This document shows positions 19,037 through 27,209 of a stretch of 64,000 nt of DNA, one piece after another; position 1 is the stretch's first letter; each line of letters starts with the position of its first letter. Source of the DNA: an uncultured Chloroflexia bacterium (lineage in GTDB: Bacteria; Chloroflexota; Limnocylindria; Limnocylindrales; CSP1-4); assembly GCA_963810065.1 (NCBI GenBank), contig CAWELX010000001.1, positions 142,819 to 206,818 on the forward strand. Reading direction: 5' to 3'. A program made the position numbers and the translations under genes. A model generated the notes under the pieces. The model searched no databases. It saw only the letters and a program-made list of their open reading frames with translations, and was not told the origin of the DNA.

Positions 19037-20059
19037 ATGAGCGGTCGGCGTGTCGCGTTGGCGGGGCTGGGGATCGTCCTCGTCGTCGGCGCGGTGGTGT
19101 ACGCGGGGATGAGCTGGCTGCTCTTCGAGGCGGTCTCGCGCGTCGACCCGCACTGCGGGTTCTTCAAGGACGGCACTGCCCGGTTCGGCGACTACACGCC
19201 CGCCTCGTTCGGGACCGCGGGCGTCTCCGATGCCTTCACGGCGGGTGAATTCGACACCGCGCCGTACGCGATGCCCGACTACGAGGACGTCAGGTTCCAG
19301 AGCCGGGACGGCGTGGACCTCGCGGCCTGGTGGATGCCCGCGGATCGGCCGGATGCCGCCGCCGTGATCCTGGTCCACGGGATGGGCAGCTGCCGCCGCG
19401 ACCCCGTCCTCCTGCTCCCGGCCGGCATGCTCCACCGCAACGGGTTCGCCGTGCTGATGGTCGACCTCCGCGACATGGGCGACTCCGAGGTGATCGACGG
19501 ACGCTACTCCGGTGGCACGCAGGAGTACATGGACGTGCTGGGGGCGTGGGACTGGCTGCGAGCGCGCGGCCTCCCGGCGGACCGGATCGGCGTCGTCGGC
19601 GAGTCCAACGGCGCCTCCACGGTCGTCATCGCCGCCGGCGAGGAGCAGGGCATCGTGGCCACGTGGGAGGACAGCGGCTACTCCGACACGTCCACGGTGA
19701 TCGGCGAGGAGGTTCGCCACGCGGGCTTTCCCGAGATCCTCACGGTGGGCGGCACGCTCTGGGCCCGGCTCTTCGGGATCAACCTGGACGAGCACCGGCC
19801 GATCGACGCGGTGGCCAAGATCGGCAGCCGGCGCCTGGCGGTGGTCCACGGGATCTCCGACGACCGGGTCCTGCCCCACCACGCGATCGACTTCGCCCGC
19901 GCCCGCGAGGCGGTCGTCGGCAAGACGGGCACCGACCTGCAGCCGTGGTTCGTGCCGGGCGCCGAGCACGTGCAGGCGGCCTTCACGGCACCCGAGGAGT
20001 ACGAGCGGCGCATCGTCGCGTTCTTCACCGAGGCGCTGGGCGACCCGGGCACGCCCTGA
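19037..20059 (+). CDS. Alpha/beta hydrolase (paralog of 17128..18063)
   Basis: SD GGGAGGTG. TM helix LAGLGIVLVVGAVVYAGMSWLLF. Motifs HGMGSC and GESNG (nucleophile elbow). Confidence 0.7.
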   Translation: MSGRRVALAGLGIVLVVGAVVYAGMSWLLFEAVSRVDPHCGFFKDGTARFGDYTPASFGTAGVSDAFTAGEFDTAPYAMPDYEDVRFQSRDGVDLAAWWMPADRPDAAAVILVHGMGSCRRDPVLLLPAGMLHRNGFAVLMVDLRDMGDSEVIDGRYSGGTQEYMDVLGAWDWLRARGLPADRIGVVGESNGASTVVIAAGEEQGIVATWEDSGYSDTSTVIGEEVRHAGFPEILTVGGTLWARLFGINLDEHRPIDAVAKIGSRRLAVVHGISDDRVLPHHAIDFARAREAVVGKTGTDLQPWFVPGAEHVQAAFTAPEEYERRIVAFFTEALGDPGTP

Positions 20060-20221
20060 CCCACCGGCCACCCCCCGGCGCGTCCTGCGCTACGCTCCGC
20101 GGGTTCCGGCCGCGCCGCAACGAGCCCCGCCACGACGAGCCCAGCCAAGCCAGCCGCGCAACCACCTGCCCCGCCACGACGAGCCCGGCCACCCCCAGCC
20201 CCGCCAGCACCACGGAGTCCA

Positions 20222-20803
20222 GCATGTCCTTCCTGAACCGCCTCTTCGGGGGCGACGATCCTGCTCCGGCCACCCCGACAGCCGCGGCCCCCACCGCCGG
20301 CAGCCCAGACCGCCGCGGCCGAGACTGCCACCGTCCGCAAGATCGTGGCCGAGCTGGAGGCGCTGCCCCCCGACCGCGCGCGCCTCCTGGCGGGCGCCGC
20401 GTACGTGGTGAGCCGTGCGGCGAATGCCGACATGTCGATCACCGACGAGGAGGTCGCCCTGATGGAGTCGACGCTCGTCGAGCGGACCGGCGTGTCCGAG
20501 GCGGAGGCCGTCATCGTCGTGGAGATCGCGCGGCAGCAGGCCCGCCTGTTCGGCTCCACCGAGGACTACCTCGTGACCCGCGAGTTCAAGCGCGTGGCGA
20601 CCATGGAGCAGCGCCTGGGCGTGCTCCGCGCCTGCTTCCAGGTGGCGGCCGCGGACGACGAGATCTCATCCCCCGAGAGCGCAGTCCTCAGCGAGATCGC
20701 CAGCGAGCTGGAGATCGAGCCGGCCGACTTCGATGCCGTCCGTTCCGCGCACCGGGACCAGCTCTCGGTCGTCCGCGCGATGAAGGCCGTGCAGGGCGGC
20801 TGA
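20222..20803 (+). CDS. TerB-family (tellurite-resistance-like) domain protein with Pro/Ala linker; frameshift in linker
   Basis: ATG with SD GGAG gives MSFLNRLFGGDDPAPATPTAAAP.... The TerB-like domain (...VRKIVAELEALPPDRARLLAGAAYVVSRAANADMSITDEEVALMES...LGVLRACFQVAAADDEIS) lies in the +1 frame from about 20290, which has a stop at about 20230. Confidence 0.5.
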
Positions 20804-20924
20804 CCCGGCGTCACGCGCCGCGCCCATCCCCCGCGGACGCGGCAATCCGATCCCCCGAGGGCTCGGCGCGGGCCAGGTGCGCGCTGCGCATGCCCATCGC
20901 GCGGGGCGCGGGTCCGGCGTCTGA

Positions 20925-23900
20925 TCAGGCGGACGCGGCCATCTCGTCGCCGTCGGCCGTCAGCGACAGGTCCACGAGCCCCGGCCGCAGGCGTCTGGTG
21001 ACCTCCGCCATCAGCTCGGCGTCGTAGGCCACGCCGACCCGCAGCTCCATCGGGAGGGCGGGCCGCCCCGTGCCCTGCGGCAGGTGGATCGTGACGCGCG
21101 TGGCGCCCGGGCGGCCGCGCAGGACGTCGCGGACCTCCGCCATGGCGGCCTGGAGGTCCTCCGTCGGGAGGCCGGCGGAGAAGCGCACGTGCAGGCATCC
21201 CCCGGGACCGGCTTCCCGCGGGACGGTGGGGGCGGCCTCCGTCCGAAGGGCCGCGGCGCGCGTCTCCTCCGGGAACGCGGGCTCGTCGCGGTCGGGGGCG
21301 ACGGCTGCGAGATCGGCCGGCCCGGCGGATCCGGGCACGGGCCCGGGAGCATGGACCGTGGGCTCGCCGGGCGCACCGGCGCCACCCGGGCCGTCCAGTT
21401 CGCCTGCGCCGGGCGGCTCGATGGGCGCGCTGGCGCGGATCGGCGACGTGCGCGGCGGCCCCTCCGTGGGAGCTGCGCGACGCGGCGCGCCACCCGGGCC
21501 CACGCCACCACCCGCGCCGAGGCCAGCGCTGCCGCCGCCCGCACCCGGGCCCGGCGCGCGCACGGGAGGGCGGCCTGCGTCGGGCGCGCCTCCCCGCCCG
21601 TTGCCGTTGCCGCCCGGCCGACCGCGGGGCCGGCCCCGGTCGGCGGCCGCGACCTCCGCGGCGAACGACTCCTCGCCCGCGACCGACGCGGCGTCGAAGT
21701 CCCGGACCATGTCGGCCAGCAGCGACACCTCCTCGCCCCGGTGGTCGATGCGCCCGCCAACCAGGAGGATGGCGCCGTCCTGCCAGGTGGGGCCGGTCTG
21801 CTCGTAGAGCCTCGGGAAGACCACCACCTCGATGGAGCCCTGCAGGTCCTCGAGCGTCACGATGGCCATCGTGGAGCGCGACTTCGTCACCACGGAACGG
21901 ATGCCCGTCACCACGCCGCCGACGACGATGTGCTCGCCGTCGAGCGACTCGTCCTTGAGGTCGCCCGAATACGCCGTGACGAACTTCCCGATCCGCTCCG
22001 CCACCTCGCCGAGCGGGTGGTCCGAGAGGTAGAGGCCCAGGAGCTCCTTCTCCCAGCGCAGCCGCTCGCGGACCGGGACCTCCGTGGCCGCCGGCAGCGG
22101 CGCTTCGAGGGCGGCCGGCTCGGCCGCCAGGTCGAAGAAGCTGATCTGGCCCGAGGCCCGTTCGCGCTGGTCGGACTGGGCGGCGGCGAGGACGTCGTCG
22201 AGGGCCAGGAGCAGCTGGGCCGGGTGCCCGAACGCGTTGAGCGCCCCGACCTTGACCAGCGACTCCAGGACCCGCTTGTTCACCAGCCGCAGGTCGATCC
22301 GGTTGCAGAAGTCGGCGAACGAGCGGAACGGGCCGTCCGCCTCGCGGGCGGCGATGATCGATTCGATCGCGCCGTGCCCGACGTTCTTGACCGCCAGCAG
22401 CCCGAAGCGGATCGCGGCGCCCTCGACGGTGAACTCCAGGTGGCTGGCGTGGACGTCCGGCGGCAGGACGGCGATCCCCAGGCGGCGGCACTCGGCGACG
22501 GCGGCGGCCACCTTCTCGGCGTTGTCCCGGAACGCTGTGAGCACGCTGGCCATGTACTCGACGGTGTAGTTGGCCTTGAGGTAGGCCGTCTGGTAGGCCA
22601 CCAGGCCATAGGTGGTCGCGTGGGCCTTGTTGAACCCGTAGCGCTCGAAGGGCTCGAAGGCCTTGAAGACGGCGTCGATCGTCTCGGGCCGCACGCCGCG
22701 CTCGCCCGCCTGGGTCACGAACTGGTCCTTCATGGAGCGCAGGACGCTCGACTTCTTCTTGCGGATGGCGTAGCCCAGGGTGTCCGCCTCGGGGCCGCTG
22801 AAGCCGCCGAGGGCGACCGCCGCGGCCATGATGTCCTCCTGGTACACGAAGATGCCGTACGTCCGCTCCAGGAACGGCTCCAGCAGCGGGTGCAGGTAGG
22901 TCACCTTCTCCTGGCCGTGCTTGCGCCGGATGTAGGCGGGGATGTTGTCCATGGGCCCCGGCCGGTACAGGGCCACCATGGCGGCCAGGTCGTAGACCGA
23001 GGTCGGGCGGAGCTCGCGGATGTAGCGCCGCATGCCCGCGGATTCCAGCTGGAAGACGCCCGTCGTCTCGCCGGAGGCCAGGAGCTCGAATGTCCGGGTG
23101 TCATCGAGGGGGATCCGGTCCAGGTCGATCTCCACGCCGCGCTGCTCCCGGACGAGGTCCACCGCCGCGCGCAGGATCGTGAGGTTCGAGAGCCCCAGGA
23201 AGTCGAACTTGAGGAGCCCCAGCGCCTCGATCCCGTGCATCTCGTACTGGGTCATCGCGGCGTCGGAGTTCGTGGCCCGCTGGAGCGGCATCAGCTCGGT
23301 GAGCGGCTCGCGGCTGATCACGACGCCCGCGGCATGCGTGGAGGCGTTGCGGGCGACGCCCTCCAGCTGCTTCGCGAAGTCGATGATGCGGCGCACGGAC
23401 GGGTCGCCGGTGTACATCTCCTTCAGCTGCGGGCTGGTCTCCAGGGCCTCGTCCAGCTTGATCCCCAGCTGGTTCGGAACCGCCTTGGCGATCCGGTCGA
23501 CGTCGCCGTAGGAGCTCCCCAGGACCCGCCCCACGTCACGGATGGCGGCTCGGGCGAGCATCGTGCCGAAGGTGATGATCTGGGCCACGTGGTCGGCGCC
23601 GTACTTGCGGGTGACGTAGTTGATGACCTCGTCGCGCCGGCCGTCCTCGAAGTCCACGTCGATGTCGGGCATCGTCACGCGGTCGGGGTTGAGGAACCGC
23701 TCGAACGGCAGCTGGTAGTGGATCGGGTCCACCGGTGTGATGCCCAGGGTGTACGTCACGATCGATCCCGGGGCGCTGCCGCGGCAGGAGGTCTGGATCC
23801 CCTGCTCGCGGGCGAAACGGACGAAGTCGGCCACGATCAGGAAGTAGCCGGCGTAGTCCATCCGGGTGATGACCCCGAGCTCGTAGTCCAGGCGCCCCTG

Positions 23901-24866
23901 GAGCTCCGGGGTCACGGTCCCGTAGCGGCGGGCCAGGCCTCGCTCACACTCGGCCCGCAGCCAGCTGTCGACGGTCTCGCCCTCGGGCACCGGGAAGTGC
24001 GGGATGCGCAGCTGCCCCAGCGGCAGCTCCAGGTCCACCATCTCGGCGATCCGGCGCGTGTTGAGGTAGGCCTCGCGCTGCTCCGGGAAGAGCGCGAACA
24101 TCTCCGCGGCCGACTTCAGGTAGAACTCGGCGCCCTCGAACTTCATCCGGTTGGGCGTGTCCAGGTTGCTGCCCGTGCCGACGCAGAGCAGGACATCGTG
24201 GGCCTCCGCCTGCGCCCGGTGGACGTAGTGGAGGTCGTTGGTCACGACCAGCGGCAGGCCGGCCTCCGGCGCCAGGCGCAGGAGCTGCTCGTTGAGGCGG
24301 GCCTGCTCCGGGATGCCGTGGTCCTGCAACTCCAGGTAGAAGTTGCCCGTGCCGAAGATGTCGCCATACTCGCCGGCCAGCCGGCGGGCCTGCTCCCAGT
24401 CGTCCACCTCCAGGGCCTTCGGGATCTCGCCGCCCAGGCAGGCCGAGAGGCCCACGAGCCCCTCCGCGTGGCGGGCGAGGAGCTCCCGGTCGATCCGCGG
24501 CTTGTAGTAGTAGCCGTCGAGGTGGGCGTCCGTCAGGAGCCGGGTCAGGTTCCGGTACCCGACGAGGTCCTTGGCCAGCAGGACGAGGTGGAAGGGCTGG
24601 GAATCTGCCTTCCCCTCCTTGTCGCGCATGGAGCGGCGGGCGATGTAGGTCTCCACGCCGATGATCGGCTTGATGCCCTTGGACTTCGCCGCCTGGTAGA
24701 AGGCGACAGCCCCGTACAGTGCGCCGTGGTCGGTCAGGGCGAGGGAGTCGAAGCCCAGCCGCTCGGCCTCGTCGACGAGATCGGTGATCCGGCCGAGACC
24801 GTCGAGGAGCGAGAACTCGGAATGGACATGGAGATGCGAAAAATCTTGAGGCCGGAGGGTCGTCAC
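20925..24866 (-). CDS. dnaE: DNA polymerase III alpha subunit with ~140-aa Gly/Pro-rich C-terminal extension
   Basis: PHP N-terminus (V/M)TTLRPQDFSHLHVHSEFSLLDG. GTG start at 24864-24866 with an in-frame TGA two codons upstream. Core polymerase and OB-fold regions are intact. Confidence 0.9.
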   Translation of the reverse strand: MTTLRPQDFSHLHVHSEFSLLDGLGRITDLVDEAERLGFDSLALTDHGALYGAVAFYQAAKSKGIKPIIGVETYIARRSMRDKEGKADSQPFHLVLLAKDLVGYRNLTRLLTDAHLDGYYYKPRIDRELLARHAEGLVGLSACLGGEIPKALEVDDWEQARRLAGEYGDIFGTGNFYLELQDHGIPEQARLNEQLLRLAPEAGLPLVVTNDLHYVHRAQAEAHDVLLCVGTGSNLDTPNRMKFEGAEFYLKSAAEMFALFPEQREAYLNTRRIAEMVDLELPLGQLRIPHFPVPEGETVDSWLRAECERGLARRYGTVTPELQGRLDYELGVITRMDYAGYFLIVADFVRFAREQGIQTSCRGSAPGSIVTYTLGITPVDPIHYQLPFERFLNPDRVTMPDIDVDFEDGRRDEVINYVTRKYGADHVAQIITFGTMLARAAIRDVGRVLGSSYGDVDRIAKAVPNQLGIKLDEALETSPQLKEMYTGDPSVRRIIDFAKQLEGVARNASTHAAGVVISREPLTELMPLQRATNSDAAMTQYEMHGIEALGLLKFDFLGLSNLTILRAAVDLVREQRGVEIDLDRIPLDDTRTFELLASGETTGVFQLESAGMRRYIRELRPTSVYDLAAMVALYRPGPMDNIPAYIRRKHGQEKVTYLHPLLEPFLERTYGIFVYQEDIMAAAVALGGFSGPEADTLGYAIRKKKSSVLRSMKDQFVTQAGERGVRPETIDAVFKAFEPFERYGFNKAHATTYGLVAYQTAYLKANYTVEYMASVLTAFRDNAEKVAAAVAECRRLGIAVLPPDVHASHLEFTVEGAAIRFGLLAVKNVGHGAIESIIAAREADGPFRSFADFCNRIDLRLVNKRVLESLVKVGALNAFGHPAQLLLALDDVLAAAQSDQRERASGQISFFDLAAEPAALEAPLPAATEVPVRERLRWEKELLGLYLSDHPLGEVAERIGKFVTAYSGDLKDESLDGEHIVVGGVVTGIRSVVTKSRSTMAIVTLEDLQGSIEVVVFPRLYEQTGPTWQDGAILLVGGRIDHRGEEVSLLADMVRDFDAASVAGEESFAAEVAAADRGRPRGRPGGNGNGRGGAPDAGRPPVRAPGPGAGGGSAGLGAGGGVGPGGAPRRAAPTEGPPRTSPIRASAPIEPPGAGELDGPGGAGAPGEPTVHAPGPVPGSAGPADLAAVAPDRDEPAFPEETRAAALRTEAAPTVPREAGPGGCLHVRFSAGLPTEDLQAAMAEVRDVLRGRPGATRVTIHLPQGTGRPALPMELRVGVAYDAELMAEVTRRLRPGLVDLSLTADGDEMAASA

Positions 24867-24890
24867 GGGAGGTCAATGGTAGCCGGGCGA
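24847..24890. repeat. dnaE-start repeat copy A (functional copy: 7 dnaE codons plus 24 bp of 5'UTR)
   Basis: TGAGGCCGGAGGGTCGTCACGGGAGGTCAATGGTAGCCGGGCGA. Confidence 0.85.
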
Positions 24891-24933
24891 GCGCAGGGGC
24901 TGGTGGGTGCGCGGCGCGGAGGAGTGGGTCGTG

Positions 24934-26403
24934 CTAGCCGTGGAAGTTGAACGCCGGATACCGTCCTGCTGGGAGAGGTTCGGCCGGATCGCCCTTTCGC
25001 CACTGCGACTCGTATTCGATGAACGCGCCGTCGTCGTCGTTGGTGATTCCGAGATTGACCCACCAGCCCCCGAGTCCTGCCCAGTAGTCGAGCCACTCAA
25101 CACCGTCACCCCACGGGCCCGTTCGGTCGCCGTATGTGTCGGGTTCGATCGCGGTGCCGGGATAGGTGGCTGGCATCACCCGCAGGCCCTCGATTCCACC
25201 AGGCAGCGTGTAGCGCCTGGCCAGGATCCGCAGACAGCCATTGACATAGGCGAGATGGTCCGCCAGCGGCGCGTCGCTGCCGTCGGGTCCGCGAGGCCAC
25301 TCCTCGTCGGTCAAGGTTCCGGTCGCGGTGCTTCGCGCCGGAGGCATGCGGTCCCGGAAGAACACGAACGCGTCGCCGACGCCCTCCTCGCGGGTCCGCC
25401 CCCTCCAGTCTCGGGGTGCCGCCGGTACAGCGCCGGGCGCGTCGGAGGGCAGCGTGACCGACGGCACGCTGCGGTCCGGCTGGGTCCAGCCATCGGTCGC
25501 TGCCGCTCTCATCGCCTGGTCGGCGACCTCGTAGAGATGGCCAAGGTCATCATCGGGACCCGTCGGCCGGGCTACGCCGATGCTCAGCTCCACCGGCTCA
25601 TCGTCGATCGGCTGCCCGACGGCAGCCCTCAAGTTGTCGACATAGGCGCGAACAGCGGTGGCATCCGGCAAACGGATGGCGATCAGGAACTCGTCGCCGC
25701 CGATCCGAAAGACAACCCCGGGATCGGCGACCTTCGAGAGGCGCTCGGCGACCCTGAGGAGATGGGCATTACCCACCCGGTAGCCGTGCCGGTAGTTGAT
25801 CTCCTGGAGGCCCCGATAGTCGACCATGACGAACGCGAGGTCATCCGGCACGGGGTCGAGCCATCGTGCCACGCTCTCCGGCGTGAATGAGAGACCGGAT
25901 CCAGGAGACGACGGGCCACTCCAGACGGGTGGCAGCCGCGTCGTGTCGTCCAGCTGCTCGACCAGGTAGCCCTCGACGACCTCCGGCCATCCGGCGATCG
26001 CCTCGAGGAAGGCGTTGGTCGTGAGCTGGTCGCGGACGACCAGCGCCTGCGCGATCGATGGAGCCAGGCGTGCGAGGTGGGGCAGGCTCACCGTGCTGGC
26101 CTGGCCAGGAACCTCCATCCGGACGCTGCCGTCGTCACGCGGCGCGACGGCGAGAAGCGCGTAGTGGCCGGCCTCGTACCAGGCGAGCAGCCTCCCCGAG
26201 GCCTCCGCGGCGGGACGCGTGCTGGGCCAGGATCGCCCGTCTGGTCCGGGCGTCGACCAAGGCGAGCCATGCGAACCAATGGTCAGGTTCTCGCCGATCG
26301 CCTCTTCGAGCTCCCACAGGGCCTGGTCGTCACGAGCGGCCAGATCCGCGATGAAGGCCGCCACCTGGGCGCCTCGCGGCCCGTAGTCCGGCATCGAGGT
26401 CAT
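24934..26403 (-). CDS. GGDEF-domain protein (putative diguanylate cyclase) with uncharacterised N- and C-terminal (~170 aa) regions
   Basis: VMVDYRGLQEINYRHGYRVGNAHLLRVAERLSKVADPGVVFRIGGDEFLIAIRL contains the GGDEF active-site motif. Confidence 0.75.
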   Translation of the reverse strand: MTSMPDYGPRGAQVAAFIADLAARDDQALWELEEAIGENLTIGSHGSPWSTPGPDGRSWPSTRPAAEASGRLLAWYEAGHYALLAVAPRDDGSVRMEVPGQASTVSLPHLARLAPSIAQALVVRDQLTTNAFLEAIAGWPEVVEGYLVEQLDDTTRLPPVWSGPSSPGSGLSFTPESVARWLDPVPDDLAFVMVDYRGLQEINYRHGYRVGNAHLLRVAERLSKVADPGVVFRIGGDEFLIAIRLPDATAVRAYVDNLRAAVGQPIDDEPVELSIGVARPTGPDDDLGHLYEVADQAMRAAATDGWTQPDRSVPSVTLPSDAPGAVPAAPRDWRGRTREEGVGDAFVFFRDRMPPARSTATGTLTDEEWPRGPDGSDAPLADHLAYVNGCLRILARRYTLPGGIEGLRVMPATYPGTAIEPDTYGDRTGPWGDGVEWLDYWAGLGGWWVNLGITNDDDGAFIEYESQWRKGDPAEPLPAGRYPAFNFHG

Positions 26404-26681
26404 GCGCCGATCGTCGACCCCACGGCTCGGGCGCGCAATGGGCCGATTGTCAGTGCTTCCCTGGTTGGCTCAGCCGTGGTTCGGTGCGATGAACCTCGAT
26501 TCGGGCGGCCGCATCTCCAGGACCGCGCCTGGCTCGAGCGGCCCGAACCCGTCGACCACCCAAATGCCAGCCAGCTGTCGCCGCACATGAACATCCTCGT
26601 GCGTCAAGGACGGTTGGTAAGTCCCGACGCCACAGGCAGCCACCCCTTGACCAGGCGACGAAGGTCATCGACAGTGGAGCC

Positions 26682-27053
26682 GTGGCAGACGACGGCAACC
26701 CACCCGATCCAGACCAACTGCTGCGCGTCAGGGCGGCGTTCGTGATCGCGTCGACCGGCGTCGTCCTCGGTGCCATCCTGCTCGCCAGCGGCGACACCGA
26801 TGGTGCGCGGTTGGCGTTCTTCCTGCTGCTGTGGGCGGTCTCACTCCTGCCGCGGACGCGGACGCAGCGGCTTGTCGTCGGGTCAGGGTTCCTGGCCCTG
26901 ATCGGGCTGTTGCTCTGGCAGGCGAGCCGAACGCGGGATGAGTTCGGGCTGCCGGAGACGCCATCAACCGTCCTCATGGCTGGGCTGGCGATCGCGTCGT
27001 TCATGGGCGCGGTCGCGTGTCTCGTCCTCGCCCGGCACTGGAGGCAGCTGTGA
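26682..27053 (+). CDS. Small hypothetical membrane protein
   Basis: Three predicted TM helices (VIASTGVVLGAILLASG, AFFLLLWAVSLL, LMAGLAIASFMGAVACLVLA). Confidence 0.35.
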   Translation: MADDGNPPDPDQLLRVRAAFVIASTGVVLGAILLASGDTDGARLAFFLLLWAVSLLPRTRTQRLVVGSGFLALIGLLLWQASRTRDEFGLPETPSTVLMAGLAIASFMGAVACLVLARHWRQL

Positions 27054-27209
27054 CGCTCGCTGCGCCGGCCACGGGCGCATCTGCCGGGCGGCGTGGTTGT
27101 CCTCTTGGGTGGCAGCCATCTACTGCCGCTGGTCGCAGGGTCCGCTCTTGACCCGTGACGAGCTGGGTCATCTCGCCGAGGTGCTGGCCCCGGACGCGTA
27201 GGCCCCGGA

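Noticed and set aside
17900-20071. 723-aa minus-strand ORF
   Set aside because: Antisense to the two hydrolase genes and the P-loop NTPase. No motifs.
21084-24950. 1288-aa plus-strand ORF (and 20566..22491 minus, 641 aa)
   Set aside because: Antisense or off-frame shadows of dnaE. No recognisable motifs and extreme Arg/Gly/Pro composition.
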